In this document: one piece after another, positions 1 through 8,513 of the stretch | Layout of the letters: each line of letters opens with the position of its first letter | Position numbering within the stretch: the stretch's first letter is position 1 | Assembly (NCBI GenBank): GCA_041662825.1 | Contig: JBAZRS010000002.1 | Location: 1-38,718, forward strand | DNA from: Victivallales bacterium | GTDB taxonomy: Bacteria; Verrucomicrobiota; Lentisphaeria; Victivallales; GWF2-50-93 | Direction: 5' to 3' | Length of the DNA: 38,718 bases | Made by a program: the position numbers and the translations under genes | The notes under the pieces: model-generated | Told to the model about the DNA's origin: nothing | Databases searched by the model: none | The model's input: only the letters and a program-made list of their open reading frames with translations

Positions 1-2
1 CT

Positions 3-572
3 GCCGAGATAGAAACCGGCTCGATTATCGGTGGATTCGCCCACAATTCAGTGCTGGCGTTGGCCGATAAAGTGGTGGCCGCGGTTAAATCCGGGGCGAT
101 CAAGCGCTTTGTCGTTATGGCCGGCTGCGACGGCCGTCAAAAGACAAGAGGCTACTTCACCGAGGTCGCGGAAAACCTTCCGAAGGATACGGTGATCCTG
201 ACAGCGGGCTGTGCGAAATACCGCTACAACAAGCTCAACCTCGGCGACATTGCCGGTATTCCCCGCGTGTTGGACGCAGGCCAGTGCAACGACTCATACT
301 CCCTAGCCGTCATAGCGTTAAAACTGAAAGATGTTTTTGGCCTGAAGGACATCAATGAACTGCCGATATCCTTCGACATAGCCTGGTATGAACAGAAGGC
401 TGTAGCAGTTCTGCTCGCCCTTCTGTCTCTGGGTGTCAAGGGTATCCGTCTCGGACCGACCCTTCCGGCGTTTCTTTCCCCGGCGGTTGTCAATGTCCTC
501 GTCGAAAAGTTCAATATCAAACCTATAAGCACGGTGCAGGATGACATTACGGCAATGATGGTCGGCAAATAA
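3..572 (+). CDS. hcp: hybrid-cluster protein / hydroxylamine reductase, C-terminal part (5' end lies outside the window)
   Basis: The frame is open from the window edge. The translation ([52 protein letters not shown]) matches the conserved C-terminal cluster-binding region of Hcp. Confidence 0.9.
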   Translation, partial: AEIETGSIIGGFAHNSVLALADKVVAAVKSGAIKRFVVMAGCDGRQKTRGYFTEVAENLPKDTVILTAGCAKYRYNKLNLGDIAGIPRVLDAGQCNDSYSLAVIALKLKDVFGLKDINELPISFDIAWYEQKAVAVLLALLSLGVKGIRLGPTLPAFLSPAVVNVLVEKFNIKPISTVQDDITAMMVGK

Positions 573-595
573 AAGCTTAGCTGCATATATCCGTT

Positions 596-633
596 CCCGG
601 TACCTTTCTTTGCAAAAAAGGAAAGGTGCCGGG
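596..633 (+). terminator. hairpin downstream of hcp (possible terminator)
   Basis: A 13-bp stem (cccggtacctttc / gaaaggtgccggg, one G-U pair) starts 24 nt after the hcp stop. The 3' T-tract is weak. Confidence 0.4.
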
Positions 634-807
634 CGGTTCTGATCAACCATTCCAAACGCAATTCCTCAAAACATTTTATACCACAGTTGTTACTTTGCAG
701 GTAAACTCAACAAAGACTTCTTCCTAAGTAAGTGAGCTTTTAGGATTTTGCATGGATATACCCTCTTTCAGTTAGTACTAAACATCGATGCCTCTTATTC
801 TTGATCA

Positions 808-855
808 TGTGGAGGGGTGTGATAACTAAGTACCGGAAATCGCGATAAGTGACTT
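808..855 (+). repeat. left prophage end: terminal repeat plus subterminal transposase-binding-type repeat
   Basis: 808-826 (tgtggaggggtgtgataac) matches the reverse complement of 38623-38641 at 16/19 positions. 837-855 (aaatcgcgataagtgactt) matches the reverse complement of 38594-38612 at 16/19, with the same spacing. Confidence 0.85.
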
Positions 856-900
856 ACACGATGCTTTACACTTGCTTTACGAATGATTGATATTGAGTCT

Positions 901-921
901 TAATCAAATTAAATTTGATTA
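901..921. repeat. AT-rich palindrome taatcaaatt-a-aatttgatta near the left end
   Basis: The arms are a perfect 10-bp inverted repeat. The half-site AATCAAAT recurs twice near the right end (38557, 38577), so this is a candidate subterminal transposase or repressor site. Confidence 0.5.
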
Positions 922-957
922 TATAAGAAAAAATATTTTGGCCGTTTTTTATCCACT

Positions 958-1362
958 TTATTTAGCGCTATTTTTATATTTTAAAAAAAGCGATCTAGCT
1001 CTTTCAATGGCCTCCTCAGCCTTTTTATGATTTTCACCATAAACACCTTCTATTAATACCATCTTATAATATAATTCTGCCTCAATCATTGCCCAAGCAA
1101 TTTGTCCCTGATTTCCATCTGGCCACGTTTTTATATACCGATTATATTTTTTCATTACAATATCAAATTCTTTAAGTGATTTTTGGGCATCTAATTTTAA
1201 TGATGTTGAGTCAGAAAAAACAACCTCAACTTTATCTAACACATCAAGAGCTTGTTCTGTTATCTTAATAAAATCATTTTTAGGTATAATATCCGCCGCA
1301 GTAACTATTGTTATTGTTATAAAGAGTAAAATTATAGATACTAAAATAGAAAATATTTTCAT
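958..1362 (-). CDS. small secreted or membrane-anchored protein, co-transcribed downstream of the repressor; function unknown
   Basis: The ATG at 1362 lies 4 nt after the repressor stop and is preceded by GGAGAGGTG. The N-terminus MKIFSILVSIILLFITITIVTAADI is signal-peptide-like. The sequence is very AT-rich. Confidence 0.7.
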   Translation of the reverse strand: MKIFSILVSIILLFITITIVTAADIIPKNDFIKITEQALDVLDKVEVVFSDSTSLKLDAQKSLKEFDIVMKKYNRYIKTWPDGNQGQIAWAMIEAELYYKMVLIEGVYGENHKKAEEAIERARSLFLKYKNSAK

Positions 1363-1366
1363 TATT

Positions 1367-2077
1367 TCACCTCTCCATATCCCTGGCGAACCAAATAACC
1401 TTCCCATTAATTTTTATCTTGTCGGATTCAATTTCATAAGGCTCATATTGTTTATTGTCGCTGATAACGCGAAGTTTTCCATCCGGGAAAACCGGTTGAA
1501 TTCTCTTTATCATAATTTCGTGATTGACAGATATAGCGTAGATACCTCCCTGGGATGCGATATAATTTTTACCGTGATCAACCAAAACCAAGTCTCCATT
1601 TAATAGAGTTGGTACCATACTATCACCAGTGACCTTAATCAAAGACATATTATCCGGGCTTCCCTTATGGATGATCCAATCCTTACGAAAGGCGATACGT
1701 AAATCAACTGTATCGTCAGGTTCTAGACCACCACCTGCGCTGATCTTACCCCGCATTTGTCGGATGAAAATAAATTCATCTGATACTCCATACCCATCGG
1801 CGGAATCATTTACTGTTGGCGCGGCACCAGATTGTCCACCCACATCGGGATATTTTGATTTATCGGTGAATATTTCACCGATTCCATCTAAAAGCCATTC
1901 TTCCCGGACATTAAAAACATGACAAATAGACCGTCTTAATGATGGTTCAACGGGAGATTTATTGTTTTCTATTTGAGATATAGTGCTTTTAACACGGTCT
2001 ATTTTGGCACCGAAAGATTCTTGACTAAGATTTAGTATATTTTCCCGTAACTCTTTAATTCTTTTACCTTCTGACAT
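1367..2077 (-). CDS. phage repressor with XRE-type HTH and an S24 (LexA/cI-like) self-cleaving peptidase domain
   Basis: The N-terminal HTH reads LSQESFGAKIDRVKSTISQIENNK. The C-terminal region has GDSMVPTL followed by IKR, the Ser-Lys dyad pattern. It is divergent from the early operon at the left end. Confidence 0.88.
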   Translation of the reverse strand: MSEGKRIKELRENILNLSQESFGAKIDRVKSTISQIENNKSPVEPSLRRSICHVFNVREEWLLDGIGEIFTDKSKYPDVGGQSGAAPTVNDSADGYGVSDEFIFIRQMRGKISAGGGLEPDDTVDLRIAFRKDWIIHKGSPDNMSLIKVTGDSMVPTLLNGDLVLVDHGKNYIASQGGIYAISVNHEIMIKRIQPVFPDGKLRVISDNKQYEPYEIESDKIKINGKVIWFARDMER

Positions 2078-2174
2078 ATTTTACCTATCTATAAGTTCAA
2101 TAATAAAACAATTTATATTCAAATAATGAACTTTTCTCTTGACAATGTTTTTTAATTGAACTAAAAGTTCAATT
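2078..2174. promoter_or_regulatory. divergent early/repressor promoter region with four AAGTTCAAT-type operator half-sites
   Basis: Half-sites lie at 2093-2101 (+), 2126-2134 (-), 2154-2162 (-) and 2165-2173 (+). The last two form the palindrome aattgaact-aaa-agttcaatt, which abuts the ATG at 2175. TTGACA is at 2139-2144. Confidence 0.6.
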
Positions 2175-2435
2175 ATGAACGCTAAACACTTAACACAAGA
2201 CGACCAACAAAGATACCGCTACATCAAATCATTACTTGCCCTCAAGGGTGACGAAATCGAACTTCAGAAGATTGCCGAAAGGGCCGAGGCATCAGGTGCG
2301 CTCGTCTCTCAGGTTATCCGCGGGCACAGAAAGGGCTTCGCCCGCAACGGTAAAAAAATCGCAAAAATTAAACAATTATTAGCGGCGGCACTCAATAAAC
2401 CAGAGGAAGAACTATTCCCCAGGAAGGCCGCATAA
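2175..2435 (+). CDS. Ner/Cro-like small DNA-binding early regulator
   Basis: It is an 86-aa first gene of the rightward operon, directly opposite the repressor. It has an HTH-like segment (ALVSQVIRGH) and a C-terminal EELFPRK resembling the Ner family tail. Confidence 0.6.
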   Translation: MNAKHLTQDDQQRYRYIKSLLALKGDEIELQKIAERAEASGALVSQVIRGHRKGFARNGKKIAKIKQLLAAALNKPEEELFPRKAA

Positions 2436-2475
2436 CAAAAGGGGTATATCATGCAAAAAAGAACTATCGAAAAGA

Positions 2476-3012
2476 TCATAAACCACCATCCAGTTCATCT
2501 ACGGCTTCATCTATTAACCCGTTTACGTAGTCTTCATCCCGAATATGATCGTATGAATTCAAGTGAGCAGAGGAAAGCGCTAATAAACATGCTGTCGTCG
2601 CGTCGATCTCATAACACCCTACGAGGTGACGCCCAGTGAATAGCCAGATCTGGAATATATCAGTAAGTGTAATGACACCATTTTCAATCTTTTCCGCGAT
2701 CCTTTTCATCGATCCTGCCAAATTTTTAATGCCCTGTGCCCTATCCTCGTCACTCAATGAAGAATATACCTGGGCAATCGTAATGATTGCCTCCATTTCC
2801 TTGTTATTGACTTTTGGCAGAATCATCACCGGATTATTATCCGCATTCAGCATATACAGGCGGAATTCGGCTGCTTCGCAAAATGTATCTATCAACTTCT
2901 TTTTCGGAAATTCAATAAGTTTATCCGGGTCGCCGGTTGTTGCGATCGCGACAAGATTCATCATCTCATTATGGATTGCCTTAAAATCATCTTTTATGGA
3001 ATCCGGCAACAT
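2476..3012 (-). CDS. hypothetical protein encoded antisense to the early operon
   Basis: The 178-aa ORF has a balanced, acidic, soluble-protein composition. The overlapping plus-strand ORFs (2451..2639, 2636..3082) are S/I/F/L-rich, as expected of shadow frames. Confidence 0.5.
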   Translation of the reverse strand: MLPDSIKDDFKAIHNEMMNLVAIATTGDPDKLIEFPKKKLIDTFCEAAEFRLYMLNADNNPVMILPKVNNKEMEAIITIAQVYSSLSDEDRAQGIKNLAGSMKRIAEKIENGVITLTDIFQIWLFTGRHLVGCYEIDATTACLLALSSAHLNSYDHIRDEDYVNGLIDEAVDELDGGL

Positions 3013-3065
3013 AAATTATCCCATCCGATTTTTTCTAGAGTCTATCAAAAATAGCGAGGATTGCA

Positions 3066-3551
3066 ATGTCAAAAAAACCTAAACAAATTGACGAAACACA
3101 AACCAGCCTTTTCGCGCTTCTCGTGCCGGAGTCTCCACCAAAACCAGGCAGCATGGACATCAGTATGCGGCTGCGCCACGCCGTTTCCAACGCGATAAAA
3201 AAATCAGAAAAAGACCGGATCGATATTTGCGCCGAGATTTATAAATTGTCCGGGAAAGAAGTGCCGAAAAGCACGCTGGACGGCTGGAGCGCTGAATCGC
3301 GCGATCTGTCAAACGACAGCATCGATTTTAACGGAAATAAGAGATGGGGCATATCAGCTGACATCCTCGCAGCGTTTTGTTGCGTCACGGGCGACTGGGA
3401 AACACTCTTCATTATAGTCGAGGCCTGTAATTACAAAGCGCTCAAGGGCAAGGATGTCGTCCGCGCGCGCATCGGATTACTCAAGGAAGAAATCACAAAA
3501 AAGAATCAGGAACTGAAGGGTCTGGAAAAGGCCCTGGTCGAATCAGAATGA
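3066..3551 (+). CDS. hypothetical early protein
   Basis: ATG with GAGGA 7 nt upstream; 161 aa; C-terminal coiled-coil-like tail. No family recognised. Confidence 0.65.
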   Translation: MSKKPKQIDETQTSLFALLVPESPPKPGSMDISMRLRHAVSNAIKKSEKDRIDICAEIYKLSGKEVPKSTLDGWSAESRDLSNDSIDFNGNKRWGISADILAAFCCVTGDWETLFIIVEACNYKALKGKDVVRARIGLLKEEITKKNQELKGLEKALVESE

Positions 3552-3555
3552 AATA

Positions 3556-3645
3556 AAGGTACAAGTCCCGCGCGCCTAACGGCGCTGGGATAATTCGCAC
3601 TACGCTTCAGGCGGCGCACAACTTGCCTTCAGCGTGTGCTCATTA
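3556..3645 (+). repeat. bipartite hairpin element, forward copy F1
   Basis: Layout: aaggta, then H1 tccc-gc-gcgcc taac ggcgc-t-ggga, then taattcg, then H2 acgct-tc-aggc (12-nt loop) gcct-tc-agcgt, then ctcatta. An SD and the ATG at 3658 follow. Confidence 0.85.
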
Positions 3646-3657
3646 GAGGAGGTGTTT

Positions 3658-3960
3658 ATGACGGCGAAGAGTTGCAGAAAAATTGAGGTGCTCATCACAA
3701 CGGACGCGATCTTTAGTGTCCTTCAAAACACGAAGGATCCGATCAGTGTAACCGATATCGCCCGCGCGACCGGTTTGAGCGTTGACAGTTGTTTCCGGCA
3801 GATCGGCACGATGGCCGAATTGCGCTGGGTAGAGAAAATTGGCGACGGTTATGTTCTCGGCATGAGACTGGCGGTAATTTGGGCGAAGAAGAAAGCAATG
3901 CTGGAATCAGAACGGGACACCATCGATAAAAAATTAACGGAGATAGGAGGAGATCATTAA
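3658..3960 (+). CDS. winged-helix (IclR-N-terminal-like) DNA-binding protein
   Basis: GGAGG lies upstream of the ATG at 3658. The segment ISVTDIARATGLSVDSCFRQIGTMAELRWVEKIGDGYVLG resembles a wHTH. Confidence 0.6.
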   Translation: MTAKSCRKIEVLITTDAIFSVLQNTKDPISVTDIARATGLSVDSCFRQIGTMAELRWVEKIGDGYVLGMRLAVIWAKKKAMLESERDTIDKKLTEIGGDH

Positions 3961-4967
3961 TGAAGAGAAAAACAGAAACGGAGATTTTTACAGGTGCGGT
4001 TTCAAAGCATGCGGAAGACTCGGAAAAAATGAAGCGCGATTTAGAAAAAAGCGTGGAGCAAAAACAGCAGGAAAAAGAAATTGCCATCGGCGAAATTTAT
4101 GAACTGGCTGGGAAAATTAAAGCCACTAATTTTTCAAAACATCAATCCGATTTTTTTACTCTCTTAATGCTTAAAAAAGTCAAAGACTCCAAAGAATACC
4201 GTGAGCGTTTCGGAATGACTTGGGAAAATTTCTGCGATCATGTTGGCGTAAATTGGCGCACAATTGATCGCAATTTAGAAGATTTAAAGCCTTTTCATCA
4301 GGATTTTTTACAATCTTTTGTAAATTTTACAGGGGTCACAGTAAACAAAATCAAATACTTAGCAATGAACGAATCTGTCACGTTGACAGAAAATGCCATT
4401 ACCTACAACGGCGAAACCATCCCGGTGGATGCCGAGCATGCGGATGAAATCAAAGAACTCCTGGAAACCCTCGAAGAAAACCACAAAAAAGCAACTGACG
4501 AAGCCGACACGACGATCCGCACTAAAGATCGGCTGCTCAAGTCAAAGGACGAAACCCTTAACAAGCTGGAGCGCGAACTAAAGCGCCTGGAACGTACCGT
4601 TGATAAGTCCGACCTCACGGATGAAGAGCAGGACGCCTGCAATCTGCTGCACCAGGTGCAACTCGATTTTCTAACCTGGATTTCCGACATCAAGAAAAAA
4701 ATCAAACCGCATGAAGCCCCGGAGATCGCTCTGCGCCAGTATTATTACCTGCTCATTTTTATATCCAAGCTGGCGATGGAAGAGAGACTGAACCTTCAGG
4801 AATCCTATGCCGCCGCCGAAGAGGTTCCCTGGGAAATTACCGACATGGAAATCCCTCCGCAGGAAGTAATGATCGACAACCTGCCCATGACAGCGGGCAA
4901 GGGCCTGGGCAAAAAAGTCGCGGCAAAAATAGCAGAGCGGAAAGCGAATAAAAAAAATAAACAATAA
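3960..4967 (+). CDS. hypothetical coiled-coil early protein
   Basis: TAATG overlap with the upstream gene; 335 aa; long Glu/Lys-rich helical middle region. Confidence 0.65.
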   Translation: MKRKTETEIFTGAVSKHAEDSEKMKRDLEKSVEQKQQEKEIAIGEIYELAGKIKATNFSKHQSDFFTLLMLKKVKDSKEYRERFGMTWENFCDHVGVNWRTIDRNLEDLKPFHQDFLQSFVNFTGVTVNKIKYLAMNESVTLTENAITYNGETIPVDAEHADEIKELLETLEENHKKATDEADTTIRTKDRLLKSKDETLNKLERELKRLERTVDKSDLTDEEQDACNLLHQVQLDFLTWISDIKKKIKPHEAPEIALRQYYYLLIFISKLAMEERLNLQESYAAAEEVPWEITDMEIPPQEVMIDNLPMTAGKGLGKKVAAKIAERKANKKNKQ

Positions 4968-4979
4968 GAAGGCACAACT

Positions 4980-6782
4980 ATGGCAGTCTCGGAAACCATA
5001 CTTGATCACATTCAAAAGAGTTTAAGCGGCCTCGCGACAGGCGAGATCTCAAAACGGATAAAAGAATTGGCCACGCATTATGGCGTCACAGCGGCCACCA
5101 TCAATCGTTACGCGGCGGCACGGGGAATCCGGTTTCGGAAGGAGCGTAAAACAAAGGGTATGTCCGGCGCATCGCGTGAGATTCTTCTAAACGCCTCTAC
5201 GCTGCTACTTACATCCAGACGCACATCCAACGAGATTCCCCTGCCCGCCTGCGACGCCAAGATGATCCTCGAAGATTCCGGGATGGAGACGGGCAATGTT
5301 TCGACCAGCCGGTTTTTATCCCGCCTGAGACAAGAGCAGATATCCGCAAAGGATCTGCTCCGGCCATCGCCGCACCAGCGGCTTTTGTCAGCCCATCCAA
5401 ACCATGTATGGCAATTTGACGTGACAAACTGCCTCCAGTATTTCCTCGATACAAAAAAAGGCCTGGGCGAACGCGACACCGAAATGACTCTCTACAAAAA
5501 CAAACTCGTGAAGACAGCCAAAACAATCAAAAAAGAATTGCTCCGCTACGCAGTGGTCGATCATTGCAGCGGGGCTTTTTTCTTCCTTTATTATTATGCA
5601 TCAGGTGAGCGCGCCGTGGACGGCTCCGATTTTCTCTTTCGTGCCATGCGTCCGAAGGATGAACTCATCTTGCGCACATGGAACGGGGAGTCGGCTACCA
5701 AACTCGGAAAATACCGCTTCCACGGCGTGCCATTGATGCTTATATCCGACCGTGGCTCAATTCTTACGGCAAAGGCCAATCAGGCGCTCATGGACGCGCT
5801 GCGGGTCGATCTTCAACTGCATATGCCGGGCAATCCCCGCGCGAAGGGCGCAATCGAAGGCCTGATGCATTACATCAACCGTTTTGAAGGCCGGTTGAAG
5901 TTTCAGCGGCCCGCGAGTCTTGACGAGCTAAATCGCTGGGCACTTGACTGGTGCATCTATGCTAACGGCGCGATCAAAATGCGTGACGTAGCGCCCCGCT
6001 CGGTTCTTTGGTCATACATTACAGCGGAGCAACTTCGCCTTTGCCCGGAGCAGGAACTTTACCGCCTCCTGATTAAAGAGCCGACGATCACCAGGACGGT
6101 GGACGGCTCGCGGCTGATCAGCGTGGATAACCGCTCCTATCAGATCCCCGATTCCCAGGCGGCTGGCCAGAAGGTCAACGTTGTGCGGCATCCTTATGAA
6201 TACCCGAACATCGAAGTCCACTTTAACGGCAACGTATGGCTGTGCGAACCGATACCCGAAGACATCTTCGGACGCCTGAGCAACGGCACTCCCTACGGCG
6301 AATACAAGACACCGAAACATACCGAAACGCAAAGAGCCAAGACAGAAATGGAGCAAACCGCCGAAGCCTGGGGCATCACATGGAAAGGCACCGGCGACAA
6401 GCGCATGGGCGTGGCCCCACCTGTCGGTTTCGAGTCGCCGCTTACCATATTCGGCCATCAGGCGGATAAGGTCGGCAACCTCGAATTTATCGAACGCAAA
6501 GGAACGCCGCTGGAAATCAAAGCGCCTGAGCTGCCTATAAACACTGCAATGCCGATGGATGCGGCGCAAGTTTCGCGCGGCATTGCGGTGCGGCAGATTT
6601 CCTTTACTGAATTTTTAAAGAATTTACGCGCGGAGATCGGCGTCATTACACCGGTGATGAACCGGGATCTCCGCATCAAATATGAAAACGGCATCGAAAT
6701 AAAAGAAGCGGAGGAGGTGATCAGGGCAATAGTTGAGGGGTCATGGGTCAAGGGTCAAGAAACAATGGAAGCGATGGGATAA
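4980..6782 (+). CDS. DDE (rve-type) transposase, MuA-like
   Basis: N-terminal HTH (ATHYGVTAATINRYAAARG). Catalytic-core pattern HVWQFDVTN, LISDRGS, NPRAKGAIEG. Located directly upstream of the AAA+ partner. Confidence 0.85.
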   Translation: MAVSETILDHIQKSLSGLATGEISKRIKELATHYGVTAATINRYAAARGIRFRKERKTKGMSGASREILLNASTLLLTSRRTSNEIPLPACDAKMILEDSGMETGNVSTSRFLSRLRQEQISAKDLLRPSPHQRLLSAHPNHVWQFDVTNCLQYFLDTKKGLGERDTEMTLYKNKLVKTAKTIKKELLRYAVVDHCSGAFFFLYYYASGERAVDGSDFLFRAMRPKDELILRTWNGESATKLGKYRFHGVPLMLISDRGSILTAKANQALMDALRVDLQLHMPGNPRAKGAIEGLMHYINRFEGRLKFQRPASLDELNRWALDWCIYANGAIKMRDVAPRSVLWSYITAEQLRLCPEQELYRLLIKEPTITRTVDGSRLISVDNRSYQIPDSQAAGQKVNVVRHPYEYPNIEVHFNGNVWLCEPIPEDIFGRLSNGTPYGEYKTPKHTETQRAKTEMEQTAEAWGITWKGTGDKRMGVAPPVGFESPLTIFGHQADKVGNLEFIERKGTPLEIKAPELPINTAMPMDAAQVSRGIAVRQISFTEFLKNLRAEIGVITPVMNRDLRIKYENGIEIKEAEEVIRAIVEGSWVKGQETMEAMG

Positions 6783-6802
6783 AGCAAAATGATGGTGAAA
6801 AA

Positions 6803-6937
6803 ATGAAATTTAAAACTGAAACCTTGATGACAATTATATGCACGGTGATTGCGACATGTGTGGCCATACTGGTTGGGCATTATGTTTATACGGTCTTCCA
6901 ATCAGTTGCGACCAAAATAGGAAATATTCCCGGATAA
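6803..6937 (+). CDS. possible 44-aa single-pass membrane peptide
   Basis: ATG after ggtgaaaaa; hydrophobic core LMTIICTVIATCVAILVGHYVY. Short, so uncertain. Confidence 0.25.
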   Translation: MKFKTETLMTIICTVIATCVAILVGHYVYTVFQSVATKIGNIPG

Positions 6938-6941
6938 AATA

Positions 6942-6968
6942 CTGGATTCCGGCCTTCGCCGGAATGAC
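6942..6968 (-). repeat. family-C hairpin, inverted copy (C3)
   Basis: ctggattccggc-cttc-gccggaatgac is the reverse complement of the 8246 and 10379 copies, with a compensatory CCCGC to CCGGC stem change. Confidence 0.8.
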
Positions 6969-6979
6969 AGAACAGAAGG

Positions 6980-8239
6980 ATGGTGCGTATGGGAAGACGA
7001 AAAACAAGCAAAGAGACACCCTATCAACTGGCATTCAAGCCAATCATTTTAAAAGAGTTATGTGTGGATTGTGGGATCACTCAGACGCGGATCGGCAAGG
7101 CGACTGACCTCAGCCGGACGTCGATCAATCTCACACTCAATCGGGGATACATCCCCATCGAGCGGCCTGATTTCAAGGCCAAAGTAGAAGCGGAAATATC
7201 AACCGACGAGCGGGCCATGCAATGGCTGATCGAGCGGAATATGAAGGTGCAGGACATCTGGAACCCGCTGGGAAAGGATTTGCGTAATGTTTCACCGGCA
7301 GCGGACAATTCGAAGATGTGGGCAACAAGGCGGCAGGCGGCAATGGTGCCGGGCGATCCTGAACAACTAATTAATAGCGTGGAGGTGGAGATGATAAGTC
7401 AAGAAGCAAAAAAATATTATAAAATTTTTAGAGATCCTTTTACCGACGACATACAAAAAGAGGCGGACGTTTTCATGAGCGATGAACACCGCTATATCAA
7501 AGAGGCAATGCTGGACGCCGCCAAGCACAGCGGCTTTCTAGCCATCATCGGCGAAGTCGGCTCCGGAAAAACCGTTATCCGCCGCATGGTCATGGAGCAA
7601 CTCAAAAAAGACGGCGACATGATTGTAATCTTCCCGAAAATCATCGACAAAACAAGAGTTAATTCCTCGAGCATCTGCGACGCGATCATCATGGATTTGT
7701 CTGAGGAAACACCCAAACGAACGCAGGAAGCAAAATCAAGGCAGGTTCACAGACTCCTGCTGGAACGCGCAAAACAGGGATTCCGCAGCGTTTTAATACT
7801 TGAAGAGGCGCATGATCTCACTACCTTCACTCTGAAGTATCTCAAGCGATTTCAGGAACTAGAAGACGGATATCGCAAACTACTCGGCATCATCCTGCTG
7901 GGCCAGACCGAGTTGAACAATCTTCTGGATGAATCACGGCATATCGAAATGCGCGAAGTGATCCGCAGAATCCAGACGGCGGAAATCAAAGGTCTCAACG
8001 GCAACACAAAAGAATATCTGAAACTGAAATTTAAACGCATCGGCATTAAGATCGAAGATATTTTTGAAGACAGCGCGTTTCCCGCTCTCGCAAAACGTCT
8101 CACGACAAAAGATCGGCGCGACAGGGCAATTTCTCATGCATACCCACTGGTCGTGAACAACTACGCCGCGCGGGCAATGAACTTGGCCTTTGAAATGGGC
8201 GAAAAGAAAGTCACAGCGGACGTCGTGATGGCAGTTTAA
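6980..8239 (+). CDS. AAA+ ATPase transposition partner (MuB / TniB / ExeA-like)
   Basis: Walker A GEVGSGKT, Walker B VLILEEAH, N-terminal HTH-like region. Located immediately after the transposase. Confidence 0.8.
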   Translation: MVRMGRRKTSKETPYQLAFKPIILKELCVDCGITQTRIGKATDLSRTSINLTLNRGYIPIERPDFKAKVEAEISTDERAMQWLIERNMKVQDIWNPLGKDLRNVSPAADNSKMWATRRQAAMVPGDPEQLINSVEVEMISQEAKKYYKIFRDPFTDDIQKEADVFMSDEHRYIKEAMLDAAKHSGFLAIIGEVGSGKTVIRRMVMEQLKKDGDMIVIFPKIIDKTRVNSSSICDAIIMDLSEETPKRTQEAKSRQVHRLLLERAKQGFRSVLILEEAHDLTTFTLKYLKRFQELEDGYRKLLGIILLGQTELNNLLDESRHIEMREVIRRIQTAEIKGLNGNTKEYLKLKFKRIGIKIEDIFEDSAFPALAKRLTTKDRRDRAISHAYPLVVNNYAARAMNLAFEMGEKKVTADVVMAV

Positions 8240-8245
8240 AAAAAT

Positions 8246-8273
8246 GTCATTCCCGCGCAGGCGGGAATCCAGG
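8246..8273 (+). repeat. family-C hairpin (C1)
   Basis: gtc-attcccgc-gcag-gcgggaat-ccagg runs into the SD of the 8284 gene. Confidence 0.8.
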
Positions 8274-8283
8274 AGAAAAAGAG

Positions 8284-8499
8284 ATGCCAAAAATTATAAG
8301 TGAAATGGATAAAAAATTCTTTCCCATCAAATTATCGTTTAACGAGATTGTAGCATTACGCATAATGCTTGTAGGCGGCAGAATGTTCACGAAAGATGAA
8401 TATAAAAAATGCGTTAATGGAGTGATGGCCCGAATTGGAAAAGCTATTGAAGCACAGGGTGTGCCAAGAGCTACAGTCGAACAACTGATAAAGTTATAA
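8284..8499 (+). CDS. hypothetical 71-aa protein
   Basis: AGGAG SD, ATG start, plausible composition. Confidence 0.55.
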   Translation: MPKIISEMDKKFFPIKLSFNEIVALRIMLVGGRMFTKDEYKKCVNGVMARIGKAIEAQGVPRATVEQLIKL

Positions 8500-8513
8500 C
8501 GGGAGACACGATC

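Noticed and set aside
2451-3082. Plus-strand ORFs 2451..2639 (62 aa) and 2636..3082 (148 aa), which would continue the early operon co-directionally.
   Set aside because: Their compositions (Arg/His/Leu/Ser-rich and Ser/Ile/Phe/Leu-rich) look like shadow frames of the acidic, well-balanced minus-strand ORF 2476..3012. They are not excluded, because 2451 has a reasonable SD and the pair shows a GTGA overlap. Strand-specific expression data are needed.
6012-6569. A 185-aa minus-strand ORF inside the transposase gene. The same applies to 17458..18033, 22082..22510, 23309..23686, 26563..26958 and other long antisense ORFs.
   Set aside because: All are embedded antisense in genes with recognisable family motifs. 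Their Arg/Ser/Gly-rich compositions are typical of shadow frames in this GC range.
6834-7107. ORFs 6834..7034 (-) and 6838..7107 (+), containing VIPAKAGIQ / IPAFAGMT peptides.
   Set aside because: These peptides are the translation of the family-C palindromic repeat at 6942-6968. They overlap the start of the MuB-like gene and have no SD.
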